Source of the DNA: Thermoprotei archaeon
GTDB taxonomy: Archaea; Thermoproteota; Thermoprotei; Thermoproteales; B15-G16
Assembly: GCA_003649205.1 (NCBI GenBank)
Contig: QMRC01000003.1
Location: forward strand, 192,001-256,000
Direction: 5' to 3'
DNA length: 64,000 nt
Part shown: positions 48,918 to 58,513 of the stretch, piece after piece
How positions within the stretch are numbered: position 1 is the first letter of the stretch
Layout: every line of letters begins with the position of its first letter
Position numbers and translations under genes: made by a program
The notes under the pieces: generated by a model
The model's database searches: none
Told to the model about the DNA's origin: nothing
What the model saw: the letters and a program-made list of their open reading frames with translations, nothing else

Positions 48918-49232
48918 ATGGGTAGTAGGAAGAAGGGAGGTAGGTGGAGAAGAGCTTATCCTCATAACGAGGATATAGCTGAGGTAATTGTTGAGGTGCT
49001 ATCTAGTAAACCCTGGATTTCACCACTTGATTTTGTTGATGAGGTAAAGAAGAAACTTGAGGAAAAGGGTTTCTTTACTGGGTTGGTTTCTGCTAAGCGA
49101 ATTTGGAGATTGTATAGGGAGATGGTTGAGAGGGGTAGAATAAGTGATGTCTTAGGTGTGGTGCCAGGTTATGGTTATGTGAATCCCTATGAAGTCTTTA
49201 CCGGTGAAGAAGGATTTAGTGAGGAGGTGTGA
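48918..49232 (+). CDS. Conserved crenarchaeal hypothetical protein
   Basis: P.DF...V...LE..GF.TGLVS.KRIWRLY.EMV..G.I.DVL.V. Confidence 0.65.
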   Translation: MGSRKKGGRWRRAYPHNEDIAEVIVEVLSSKPWISPLDFVDEVKKKLEEKGFFTGLVSAKRIWRLYREMVERGRISDVLGVVPGYGYVNPYEVFTGEEGFSEEV

Positions 49233-49249
49233 GTGGGCTTAGTGTGTAG

Positions 49250-50566
49250 CTATAGCACTACGTTATCCCTCTTTAGGAAGGTAGGGAGTTCATGTATACT
49301 TACTTCCATCTGTTTTCCTGTTGTAAGGTTCTTTACAGCTACTTTACCTAGCTTAAGCTCCTTCTCACCAACTATTACTAGAAACTTAGCTCCGATCTTG
49401 ACTGCGTACTCGAGATTTGCCCTAAGACTTCTCCTCATCACGTCAACTATACAGGGTATACCATGTTGTCTAAGGAGATTCGCTATCTCAAGACATCTTG
49501 AGTACAGATCCATCTTAGGAGTAACTACAGCAGCTACAGGTCTTGGATAATCTGTTGGTAACTTACCTAACCTTTCGAGAACCTCAATTAATCTCTCAAT
49601 ACCAATGGCCATACCTGTCGCAGGTAGGTTTGAACCTCCAACAAGCTCTATAAGGTCGTCGTACCTACCACCACCTGCAATACTACCTACATCCTCCTGT
49701 CCCTTCACGTAGACTTCAAATACTGTTCCTGTGTAGTAAGCTAACCCCCTTACAATGCTTAAGTCCAACACTACATTCTTCACATTGTACGACTTCAATA
49801 AATCAAGTAATGTACTAATTTTCTCTAACTCAGTTCGAATAGTAGATCCAAAGAGCTTATCGAGAAGCTCAATTTTCTCCTCATTACTACCCTCTATCAT
49901 CAATAATTCACGAACCTTCTCAATGTTCTCTCTAGAAATACCCAACGACTCTAAACCCTTAACAACATACTCAATACCGTACCTGTGGTACTTATCTATG
50001 TACCTATAGAAGTCTTCACGTAGCTCTCTAGGTATGTTGAGTGCATCGCTTATTCTATCAGCTAGTGCTCTACTACTGAACCTAACCTCAATACGCTCAT
50101 CCTCAAGACCTACATCACGAAGTGAGTACCAGGTAACAGCTATTACCTCAGCATCAGCTTCCACATGTGGTGAACCAATGAGTTCGATACCTGCTTGCCA
50201 GAACTCCCTCAATCTACCTAGTTGAGGTTCTTCATACCTCCAGACAGGTGCTATGTAGTAGAACCTAATTGGCTTAGGTAAGTGTGGCATTGTAGCGACA
50301 ATCCTAGCTATTGGTGTAGTCATCTCGAATCTAAGACCTAGCTTCCTACCTGCCTTATCCTCAAACCAGTAAATTTGCTCCCTAACCTCTGAACCAGCTT
50401 TTGCCTCTAATAGCTCTAGATGCTCAAATGCTGGTGTAAGTACTTCTCCATAACCGAATCTCTCGAAGACAGACCTAATTCTCTCAATAACTACTCTTCT
50501 CTTGAAGCAATCAAGTGGTAAGTAGTCTCTAGTGCCTCGTGGTCTCTGAAGCCTTGTATCTACCAT
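49250..50566 (-). CDS. hisS: Histidine--tRNA ligase
   Basis: PRGTRD, GRLREFWQAGIE, RGLAYYTG, GGGRYD and GIERL. Confidence 0.97.
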   Translation of the reverse strand: MVDTRLQRPRGTRDYLPLDCFKRRVVIERIRSVFERFGYGEVLTPAFEHLELLEAKAGSEVREQIYWFEDKAGRKLGLRFEMTTPIARIVATMPHLPKPIRFYYIAPVWRYEEPQLGRLREFWQAGIELIGSPHVEADAEVIAVTWYSLRDVGLEDERIEVRFSSRALADRISDALNIPRELREDFYRYIDKYHRYGIEYVVKGLESLGISRENIEKVRELLMIEGSNEEKIELLDKLFGSTIRTELEKISTLLDLLKSYNVKNVVLDLSIVRGLAYYTGTVFEVYVKGQEDVGSIAGGGRYDDLIELVGGSNLPATGMAIGIERLIEVLERLGKLPTDYPRPVAAVVTPKMDLYSRCLEIANLLRQHGIPCIVDVMRRSLRANLEYAVKIGAKFLVIVGEKELKLGKVAVKNLTTGKQMEVSIHELPTFLKRDNVVL

Positions 50567-51977
50567 GACGTAACCACCCTACAAACTCAATACATATGGT
50601 TACTAATAATATCGTTAATGCTATTGTCAGTGTTGTGTGTTCAAAGGTTGTAAAGCACTTACCAAGTGCAGGTAGTACAACATCTAGGTTAATGTTCACA
50701 TCAACAACACCTCTACACTCACTTGGCAGTGTTATATGGAGTACCTTAACATAGTCAAGATACCTAATTGTCAGTATGTAGGGTCCAGGTGGAAGAGGAC
50801 CTATTAGCTTGTTTGAACCACTGTAGACTACTCTCAATGTTCTATTGTGCATGACTGAAAGGGTCACTCTAAAGTCCCTTAGTGGTGCTGTAATAGTATT
50901 TGCCGTTATCCTCAAGTAGTTGAGAGGTAGTGAAACATTTGCAACAAGTGAACTCCTTAATTCAATGTGTTTAACTACCTTAACTACTCGTCCTATATCA
51001 CGGTACCTACATACTACAGTGAAGCAGTACTTTCCAGGTGGTTCATCAACTAGTAGAACAGTATCGACATCCCTGTACTTACCTACTGTGGTATTACCTC
51101 GCTTAACTGTAACTTCATCAGCTTTAACTAGCTTACCAAGCGCATCTCTTATAAAGAGGACTAATCTGTACCTAGGTACTACAATACTGTACTTACAATC
51201 ACCATTAACTACTACGAACTTCTTTGCAACAAGAGAGCCTTTGTAGTACGTTAGTATTGTGTACCTACCTTTCTCAACTTCAAGACAAATCTCAGGACCT
51301 ACATTAGTTACATTGTACACAACCTTACCATCCTTTACAAGTACTACCGTAACATTTGCTACCTCTAGCTCGTGCTGATCAATGAACTTGAGTACTAGGT
51401 ACGGATTCCTTATCCTGAAGCTATATGTTAACATTAATGTTGTACTTCCAATCCAGAGAGTACAGGTTACATTCCATACACCAGGGAATAGTGGTCTCGG
51501 TGTTGCTCTCTCTATGATCTTAGTACTCTTTGTTACACCTCTCTTACTGACTAAGTAGTACGTTACTGTTGCCGCTTCAGGTGAGCCAATTGGATAAGTT
51601 GCGACTATGTGTAGAACGCTAATGCCCTTGGGTAGTATTATGCTGTCATAAAAGCCAAACACTGTACCTGTCTTCTGTTCTCTAAATGTTACCTGATAAC
51701 ACACCTCTGTTCCTGGATGTAGTACCTTAATGTAGAGAACGATGTACTTTACCGTTACAGGTACTGCATCTTTAACCTCGGTTAGCTCAACAGGTTCAGG
51801 TACTAGACCTATTTCCTTGAAGGTGATGCCCACCTTAAGGTACGCAATGGGTTTCTCGCTACAGTAGGTTAATGGTATTGCTGCTGTAATAGCTAGTACT
51901 AGAGGTGAGATGATAAGTAGCAACTTCAGGGTTTTAACTATGGATGTAGTATGGTCAGCGCCGGAAGTAGAGATCAT
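50529..51977 (-). CDS. Cell-surface beta-sandwich repeat protein with a C-terminal TM anchor
   Basis: Signal peptide, repeated G.Y...V.Y modules, N-x-T sequons and a C-terminal TM; true start probably downstream of the overlapping sRNA. Confidence 0.7.
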   Translation of the reverse strand: MISTSGADHTTSIVKTLKLLLIISPLVLAITAAIPLTYCSEKPIAYLKVGITFKEIGLVPEPVELTEVKDAVPVTVKYIVLYIKVLHPGTEVCYQVTFREQKTGTVFGFYDSIILPKGISVLHIVATYPIGSPEAATVTYYLVSKRGVTKSTKIIERATPRPLFPGVWNVTCTLWIGSTTLMLTYSFRIRNPYLVLKFIDQHELEVANVTVVLVKDGKVVYNVTNVGPEICLEVEKGRYTILTYYKGSLVAKKFVVVNGDCKYSIVVPRYRLVLFIRDALGKLVKADEVTVKRGNTTVGKYRDVDTVLLVDEPPGKYCFTVVCRYRDIGRVVKVVKHIELRSSLVANVSLPLNYLRITANTITAPLRDFRVTLSVMHNRTLRVVYSGSNKLIGPLPPGPYILTIRYLDYVKVLHITLPSECRGVVDVNINLDVVLPALGKCFTTFEHTTLTIALTILLVTICIEFVGWLRHGRYKASETTRH

Positions 51978-52006
51978 AGATCACTACTCCTGGCCTTCAT
52001 CATCAC
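51955..52006 (-). ncRNA. Probable box C/D guide sRNA
   Basis: Minus strand GTGATGA TGAAGGCCAGGAGTA GTGA TCT ATGATCT CTACTTCCGGCG CTGA; begins at the upstream gene's stop codon; C'/D' degenerate. Confidence 0.5.
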
Positions 52007-52257
52007 TACTCTGTCCTAGATAGTCTACGTCTTAAGTCTTCCACTATACTTTCCCTAATATCGTCCTCATCTTTATCCAGTAGCTTTAGCTCCTTCTTAG
52101 AGACACAGTATTTACAAAGTGGATAAGTTAGTGTTAGAGTTACGTGATATTCAGAGCCATCTGCTGAGGGCTCTATTCTTATCTGGACACTTTTTCTACC
52201 GAGGTAGAGACCACAGGCAGGACAGTAGAGAGGTATCTCAAACTCACTCTCACTCAT
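52006..52257 (-). CDS. Small zinc-finger protein
   Basis: CPAC...CKYC. Confidence 0.6.
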   Translation of the reverse strand: MSESEFEIPLYCPACGLYLGRKSVQIRIEPSADGSEYHVTLTLTYPLCKYCVSKKELKLLDKDEDDIRESIVEDLRRRLSRTE

Positions 52258-52333
52258 GCTAAACCCCTTAGCTAAGAACTATAGCAACACTATAAAACTT
52301 ACTAATTTATCAATGTGCTGGTTATCGAGCTGA

Positions 52334-52382
52334 TCAGTGTCGGAGGGCTTCTTCACCAGTCCGCTGTAATACCACTCATCAC
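52334..52382 (-). ncRNA. Box C/D guide sRNA
   Basis: Minus strand GTGATGA GTGGTATTACAG CGGA CTG GTGAAGA AGCCCTCCGACA CTGA. Confidence 0.85.
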
Positions 52383-52384
52383 GA

Positions 52385-53008
52385 CTACCTAGAACCTCTA
52401 CGTCTACTCAGTACTCGGTTCTTAATAAGTTCAAACTCTTCATCACTAACCTCCCTGTATATTGGTTCATACTGACCTCCAACTCTCCTAACACCAACCT
52501 TAATGAACTTTCTGCCTCTCATCTCTGCATAGAGAGAACAGTAGTGAATGAGACAGATTATTGGTTTTCGATCTCTAGGCACTAAACACCTACCATCGCT
52601 ATAAAATACGCATCTACCACCAGGACCGAGATCTAGCCTATACACCTTAACAGGGCCAATAACCGTATCAACCCACTTCCAGTCAAGTGGTCTATCAACT
52701 AGGTGTAGCGGTAGATCTCTAACTTCATTCTCTAGAGCGAAAGCACCAGAATCACGTTCACAGCACCAACCACACTCAATACATATCATCCTGTACGAAT
52801 TCTCGAGTATGTCACTAGGTACCTCAACTAGTGCTCTTAAGTCTAGGGGTGTTCCCGGTGATGGTTTGAATACTGGTGCAAGTACACGGTACTTAGGTAT
52901 GTAGTAGGTACCTACGTAAAATTTCTTCAGTTTAGCACCTACGTACAGTAGGAAGTAATCCCACCTAGCTTGTCCTGTTGGCCGACGGAGCATGTAGTAC
53001 TTAGCCAC
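52385..53008 (-). CDS. YkgJ-like CxxCxxCC protein
   Basis: CIECGWCC, GRCVFY and KPIIC.IHYC. Confidence 0.75.
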   Translation of the reverse strand: MAKYYMLRRPTGQARWDYFLLYVGAKLKKFYVGTYYIPKYRVLAPVFKPSPGTPLDLRALVEVPSDILENSYRMICIECGWCCERDSGAFALENEVRDLPLHLVDRPLDWKWVDTVIGPVKVYRLDLGPGGRCVFYSDGRCLVPRDRKPIICLIHYCSLYAEMRGRKFIKVGVRRVGGQYEPIYREVSDEEFELIKNRVLSRRRGSR

Positions 53009-53015
53009 TAAATCT

Positions 53016-53738
53016 CTACACCCCTCTTAACTTCTTGATCATGTCTGTAAGTGGGAGTAGTGTTGTTGCAAGTGGTATACTCTCACGTTTAGCTATCTCT
53101 ATACCTAGTTCATCAGGTTCCTTAATTCCATGAAGTACTACTAGTACTGGTCGAAGACCTGAAATAGCCATCATGGCCTTGATCGCTACTAGTGGAGATC
53201 TACCGTAGCGTACATTGGTGAAGATAGCTGCTCTCTGAGTACTCCTACCGTATAGTCTAAGGTATTCGTAGGAGGGTACCTCCAGAACTAGCTTCATGCT
53301 ATCAACTACCGTATAGCCGTAGATGTGAACATCACTGAATTCCCTACCAACGTGAAGTTCTGCATCAATTACACTACAGAATTCGCCGATGGTAATTGGC
53401 TTCGTAAACTCCCTCATATCTAGCACTGCTCTCCTAAATGCTGAGCTAACACCAATGACGACACTAGCTAACTCATTGATCTTCCTACCACCCTTCTCCA
53501 AGTCGATAGTTATCAATGCCTCAACAAATCTCTTAATGAAGTGTGATCCAGGTGACTTCCTCCTACAGCTCTCGTAGTCACTTATGACGGAGGGTAAGGT
53601 ACTCATTTTCGTAGCTACTTCACTTTGAGATACCCCAAAGTACTCTCTCCAATACCTCATTCTCCTACCGGGTTCATCAGAGAGGACTATGTCACCAGCA
53701 ATGAAGGTAGCAATCTGCTTAGCTAGGATCTCCGACAC
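53016..53738 (-). CDS. XRE-HTH transcriptional regulator (COG1709 type)
   Basis: IAGDIVLS..PG, SVISDYE..RRKSPG, GYTVVDS, RAAIFTNVRYGRSP. Confidence 0.88.
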   Translation of the reverse strand: MSEILAKQIATFIAGDIVLSDEPGRRMRYWREYFGVSQSEVATKMSTLPSVISDYESCRRKSPGSHFIKRFVEALITIDLEKGGRKINELASVVIGVSSAFRRAVLDMREFTKPITIGEFCSVIDAELHVGREFSDVHIYGYTVVDSMKLVLEVPSYEYLRLYGRSTQRAAIFTNVRYGRSPLVAIKAMMAISGLRPVLVVLHGIKEPDELGIEIAKRESIPLATTLLPLTDMIKKLRGV

Positions 53739-53830
53739 CTACATCACCTACAGGTAACTTAACCTGAGTCCTCAGTCACCTCTATTGAGGTAGTAAAACA
53801 TATATTTTCGTGATTAACAGGGTTCTAGCG

Positions 53831-53880
53831 GTGATGAAGCTCGAAAGGGGAATGATTGATGTTCGGACCGGGATTGCTGA
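53831..53880 (+). ncRNA. Box C/D guide sRNA (first of a tandem pair)
   Basis: GTGATGA AGCTCGAAAGGGGA ATGA TTGATGT TCGGACCGGGATTG CTGA. Confidence 0.75.
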
Positions 53881-53914
53881 TTCCTCACTAATGCGTATAC
53901 TGTCTCTCTGCTCT

Positions 53915-53963
53915 GTGATGAGTCCTAAACACGCAGATTAGTGAAGAGACCACGCAGGGCTGA
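53915..53963 (+). ncRNA. Box C/D guide sRNA (second of a tandem pair)
   Basis: GTGATGA GTCCTAAACACG CAGA TTA GTGAAGA GACCACGCAGGG CTGA. Confidence 0.85.
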
Positions 53964-53978
53964 GAAACTACTTGTATT

Positions 53979-54713
53979 ATGACTGGGAGAAGTAGGTTGG
54001 ATTCTCTGCTCAAGTCTCTATTCGATCTCTCATTGCAGTTGAATTTACGTAATGTGATTCGCCGTAACGATACATTAGTGGTTATTCTCGAAGCTTCCTG
54101 TCTCGCCTTCTCGCTAAGTAGCTACGTGAAGTTACTACGTGAATTGGTTTCACTATGTTGTTCCGATGTTGAGAAGCTGATTGCAGTTATTCTGTACCCT
54201 CGTTCTGATACCGTAATTCACGGTACTCTATCCAGTATCGATGTCGTGCATACTGTTAGCAGTGTGATTGTTGTTAAGTTCTCTCTAACCTGTAATGACA
54301 CGAATACGGTGATTAGCTTTAGGATCGATTTGTCTTGTGAAGAAGGTGAGGGAGTTAGTGATCTAGTCCATAGCTTGAATCATCTAGTTGGGTCAATGCT
54401 ATACTATTACACTAGAAATCTAGGTAATCTACGTCCAGATGTGAGAGGTGTTCAGTACCTCAATCTCACTACCAATGTAACACCTCATAGCTCAACTGCT
54501 GTAATCACTATATCCTGTCGATGTAGTGTAGATCTCCTCGATTACGTAGTATCTACACTCTACGAGCAGTATCTCGATAACCTAAGGAGAATGATCGATA
54601 CCTTGTGTAAGTTACTGAATTCTCTAACTGATCTACGTAGATTGCTCATGGATATAGTACGTTACGTACGTAACCTCTCATTAATCCTCGACCACGCATC
54701 ATCATTGGAATGA
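53979..54713 (+). CDS. Hypothetical protein
   Basis: 244-aa ORF; no motif recognised. Confidence 0.5.
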   Translation: MTGRSRLDSLLKSLFDLSLQLNLRNVIRRNDTLVVILEASCLAFSLSSYVKLLRELVSLCCSDVEKLIAVILYPRSDTVIHGTLSSIDVVHTVSSVIVVKFSLTCNDTNTVISFRIDLSCEEGEGVSDLVHSLNHLVGSMLYYYTRNLGNLRPDVRGVQYLNLTTNVTPHSSTAVITISCRCSVDLLDYVVSTLYEQYLDNLRRMIDTLCKLLNSLTDLRRLLMDIVRYVRNLSLILDHASSLE

Positions 54714-54769
54714 GAGTGAGTTTAAGCCTCTCCAAACATATTCTCTAAGAACTACTTTTCTTGGAGTAC

Positions 54770-56155
54770 ATGTCTACGTGTAGTGCAGTTAGAGAGAAGA
54801 TTAGGATAAGTAGGAGGGATTTAGCTGCTTTAGTTGAGGTTATAAAGGAAGCTGAGTACGTACATCCTAGTCAAGAAGCTAAACGTAGGATATTTCGTAG
54901 GTACGGTATATTGGGTACGTCTAAGGATAGGATATTGACAGCAATATTCTACAAGGTAATGAGGAGGTTAGGTATTGTTGATAAGATAATCATCAGAGCT
55001 ACAGGTCTACCCAATATCTACATCCTCGATCCATGGCTACGAGCAGCACTCCGACTAGCTACGTATCTATTAGTTCTCAACGATCATCCTCTATCAAATA
55101 GCCTACTTCATGAGTTGAAGTATGGTGTAGCTAAGTTCTTAACTGAGGTTACACATCCATACGTTGGTACTTGGTACTGGGATCTAGTTGATAGAATTTT
55201 GATGAATTTTAGGTATGTACCGGAGAACGAGATTGAGGAACTTGAGCTGAAGTACAATCTACCTGCTTGGTTCATAGAGAGGGTGAGGAACCTACTTGGA
55301 CCTGAAGAGGCAGAGGAGTTGTTTAAGAAGTACAATAAGAGACCTCTCATTAGTTTGAGAGTTAATACGCTGAAAGCTACTGTTGAGGAAGTTATTAGGG
55401 AATTGAGGAGGATGGGTAAGGAACCTATTGTCAGTAAGTATGTTCCAACTGTTGTTAAGGTTAAGGGACCATTTAAGTTCGATGAATGTAGGCTAGTGCG
55501 TGAGGGTAAAGTCATTTCTCAGGAAGATGCTTCAGCAGCTGCCTCAATAATTCTCGATCCTAAGCCTGGTCATGTTGTTGTGGATATGTGCGCTGCTCCT
55601 GGTGGTAAGACATCACACATGGCTGAGTTGATGAGGAATCAGGGTAAGATCTATGCCTTTGATGTGGATGAATTCAGGATAAATAAGATGAGAAATGTAT
55701 TGAAGAGACTTGGTGTTAGGAATGTCGAGATCTATCATGAAGATGTCTTGAAAGCACCTAAGATACTTGGTGAAGAATTTGCAGATAGAGTACTTCTCGA
55801 TGCACCCTGTTCATCAAGTGGAACACTCCATAAGTATCCTGAAGTTAGGTGGAGGCTTAGATTGGAGAAGATTAGGGAGATTTCTGAGATGCAGCTTAAG
55901 ATGCTTAGGGTCGCTATTCGATTAGCTAAACCTGGTGGGAGAATTCTGTACACTGTGTGTAGTATCTTTCCGGAGGAGGGTGAGGAGTTAGTTAAGAAGA
56001 TATTGAGGGAGTTTAATGGATACATAAGGTTAATTCCACTAGATGGTCCCTTTGATCCAGGTTTCCTACCTGGTACCATGAGAGCTTGGCCGCATAGACA
56101 CAATACTGTTGGTTTCTTCTACGCGCTATTTGAGAAAGTTAGACCTTTGAAGTAG
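54770..56155 (+). CDS. RsmB/NOL1/NOP2-family RNA m5C methyltransferase
   Basis: LRVNTLK, DMCAAPGGKTSH, DAPCSSSG and YTVCS...EEGE. Confidence 0.95.
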   Translation: MSTCSAVREKIRISRRDLAALVEVIKEAEYVHPSQEAKRRIFRRYGILGTSKDRILTAIFYKVMRRLGIVDKIIIRATGLPNIYILDPWLRAALRLATYLLVLNDHPLSNSLLHELKYGVAKFLTEVTHPYVGTWYWDLVDRILMNFRYVPENEIEELELKYNLPAWFIERVRNLLGPEEAEELFKKYNKRPLISLRVNTLKATVEEVIRELRRMGKEPIVSKYVPTVVKVKGPFKFDECRLVREGKVISQEDASAAASIILDPKPGHVVVDMCAAPGGKTSHMAELMRNQGKIYAFDVDEFRINKMRNVLKRLGVRNVEIYHEDVLKAPKILGEEFADRVLLDAPCSSSGTLHKYPEVRWRLRLEKIREISEMQLKMLRVAIRLAKPGGRILYTVCSIFPEEGEELVKKILREFNGYIRLIPLDGPFDPGFLPGTMRAWPHRHNTVGFFYALFEKVRPLK

Positions 56156-56165
56156 TGCTTTCCTT

Positions 56166-56215
56166 GTGATGAAGCAACTAGGGGCTGATTGGTGATGTGT
56201 CTTCCGGCTTCCTGA
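56166..56215 (+). ncRNA. Box C/D guide sRNA, probably targeting 16S rRNA
   Basis: GTGATGA AGCAACTAGGGG CTGA TTG GTGATGT GTCTTCCGGCTTC CTGA. Confidence 0.9.
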
Positions 56216-56449
56216 CTACTTAATTAACTCCTTCAGTGTCTCAATAGTTTTGTCTAGAGTACCTGTTATGGCTACCTTCTTGGTTGCTTCATCCAGTATT
56301 CTGAGTTGACCATAGCTGTAGAGTATGCGGTAGGATTTCTCTCCTATCTTTACACGGATGTAGTAAGGGTACTCACTTACTTCAGCATCCTTAAACAGCT
56401 CCTTAACCTTCTTTACTAGTTCACCCTTTATTTCAGACCATGCGCTCAT
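56216..56449 (-). CDS. Small Lys-rich hypothetical protein
   Basis: 77-aa ORF with GAGGT RBS. Confidence 0.65.
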   Translation of the reverse strand: MSAWSEIKGELVKKVKELFKDAEVSEYPYYIRVKIGEKSYRILYSYGQLRILDEATKKVAITGTLDKTIETLKELIK

Positions 56450-56526
56450 ATTCTCTACCTCAAGTCATTGAGGAAAACAACTAACTTACATATTTTTCGA
56501 ACTGTCAGTACCGACGGGGATTGTTT

Positions 56527-57258
56527 ATGAGAATTATTGAGCTACTTCTAGGTCTTCAGCGTGTAAAGGAGGTGTGGAGTAACTTACCTAAGGTCGTAGA
56601 CCATACATTGCTAGATCCCTCTGCTCCTCTAGATGTTGTGGTTAAAGAGTGTGAACGAGTTAAGGAGTACGGATTCAGAGCTTTCTGCATCAGCCCACAC
56701 CACGTACCTCATGTAGTTAAGTTATTGAAGGGTAGTGGTGTTAGGATTTGTACTGTTGTTGGTTTTCCGCATGGTTACCAGATTACTGATGTTAAGATTT
56801 TTGAAGCTAGGAAGTACATGGAGTTAGGTGCAGATGACATAGATATGGTGATTAACGTACAAGCTCTGAAGAGTGGTGAGTGGAAGTACATTGAGGAAGA
56901 GGTTAGGGCTGTTGCTGAGGTTGTCCACTCATATGGAGGGATTCTAAAGGTAATTATTGAGACGGGTTACTTAAGTGACGAAGAGAAGGAAAGAGTTGCT
57001 CAAGTTCTCTCACGTGCTGGTGCTGATTTCGTTAAGACCTGTACAGGTTTTGGACCTGGTAGAGCAACAGTTCACGACGTGTCACTGCTAGCTCAGGTAG
57101 CCCACAGCCGTGGCCTCAAGGTCAAGGCTGCAGGTGGTATTAGACATCTTGAAGATGCTCTTACATTAGTGGCTGCTGGTGCTGATGTTCTTGGATCCTC
57201 AGCAGGTGTAAGAATCGTCGATGAGTGGAAAACTGCTAAGCAGAAAGTAAAGCTCTAA
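56527..57258 (+). CDS. deoC: Deoxyribose-phosphate aldolase
   Basis: DHTLL, TVVGFPHG, IDMVIN, LKVIIETG, ADFVKTCTGF and VKAAGGIR. Confidence 0.95.
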   Translation: MRIIELLLGLQRVKEVWSNLPKVVDHTLLDPSAPLDVVVKECERVKEYGFRAFCISPHHVPHVVKLLKGSGVRICTVVGFPHGYQITDVKIFEARKYMELGADDIDMVINVQALKSGEWKYIEEEVRAVAEVVHSYGGILKVIIETGYLSDEEKERVAQVLSRAGADFVKTCTGFGPGRATVHDVSLLAQVAHSRGLKVKAAGGIRHLEDALTLVAAGADVLGSSAGVRIVDEWKTAKQKVKL

Positions 57259-58513
57259 GCGTCACTCTAACTACGCTAGACACTATCTTCGGGATCTCTC
57301 TGAAGTTCAGTACCGTGAAGAGAGTTTCGTATCCACCAATCTTAATGGCACTTGGTGTAGGTAGGTAACCTAAGTACGAATCAGCATAGCACACTAGGGT
57401 ACAGTTTAGCTGCTTCAATGCTAATGAGTACTGTGCAAACATTTCGTACGGTACAAATGTTAGAGCTACATCGCTTAATGCTATAGCTGTGTGACGTACT
57501 TTAACTACCTTAGGAACTCTACAAAGTACATCGTAGTACTTCTCCAGAAGTTCAAGAGCTAATAGTTCATGTCTCAACTGTATAGGTACCTCTTTCAACC
57601 TCCTTATCTTCTCCTCTATAGAACGCTTCCTCTCAAGAACCTCCTCAATCTCAGGTACACTAGTACCGACATCTAACTCCTCAACCTCAACACATAAGTG
57701 CTCAGTAGGGAGTTCCAGAGCTGTTTCAGAGAAGAGAGCTGTAGCTACAGTAGAACCAAGTACATAGCCTACTCTCCTAGCTTCACTAACTCCCCTACCC
57801 CTCCTAGTAAATCTAGTAGATACATCACCACAAGCACCAGTAAACCACATTACCTCACAATTGAGGAACCTACGTAAGTACTCCCTCACGTAGTACGTGA
57901 AATCGCCACTGTAGTAAGCATTATCAGGACCTAATACAGTTGGATGACAACCATACACTAGACAAAGTAGATCTAAATCCTCAGCCCTGAAGCGAAATAC
58001 TGTAATCTCCCTATCTACAGGACCTGAAGGATCTCTCCTATTAGCAGCAACACCACCCTCAACTCTATACAGCTTGATACAATTAACCCTACGGGTTTCA
58101 GTAACCTTCTCAAACACTTCCCTAAGTACCTGTCTAAGCTGTGGATAGAATCCACTCAAAAGCTCCCTATCGGTAGATGGATCAACACTGAAGATCCTGT
58201 AGAATGGATCCTCAAGATCTAGCACAGGACCGGAGTGAGTATGTGTTGCTGTAACCACACAGTAGTCACAATCAACTACTTTCCTACACGTACTAACTAC
58301 TAAGTTTCTGATAGCTTCTGATATGTGGAGAGTATCTAGTGAAACCACTGCTACCCTCTTATCACCTAGCTCAATAAGTAGGGTAGATAACTCTAAGGTA
58401 TCTAGAAAACCTCTCGACTTAATACTCCTGTAATTCCTCTCCAAATACCCAGCAAGAGATAGGTTGATCGGTGGTTTAAGCTCTGTTCTTGCATACCCAA
58501 TGTTCAAGTTCAT
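57236..58513 (-). CDS. Neutral/alkaline ceramidase-like amidohydrolase
   Basis: LAGY..R, ATHTHSGP, CHPTVL, SGDF, GACGDVS and GYLPT....GGYE. Confidence 0.8.
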   Translation of the reverse strand: MNLNIGYARTELKPPINLSLAGYLERNYRSIKSRGFLDTLELSTLLIELGDKRVAVVSLDTLHISEAIRNLVVSTCRKVVDCDYCVVTATHTHSGPVLDLEDPFYRIFSVDPSTDRELLSGFYPQLRQVLREVFEKVTETRRVNCIKLYRVEGGVAANRRDPSGPVDREITVFRFRAEDLDLLCLVYGCHPTVLGPDNAYYSGDFTYYVREYLRRFLNCEVMWFTGACGDVSTRFTRRGRGVSEARRVGYVLGSTVATALFSETALELPTEHLCVEVEELDVGTSVPEIEEVLERKRSIEEKIRRLKEVPIQLRHELLALELLEKYYDVLCRVPKVVKVRHTAIALSDVALTFVPYEMFAQYSLALKQLNCTLVCYADSYLGYLPTPSAIKIGGYETLFTVLNFREIPKIVSSVVRVTLRALLSA

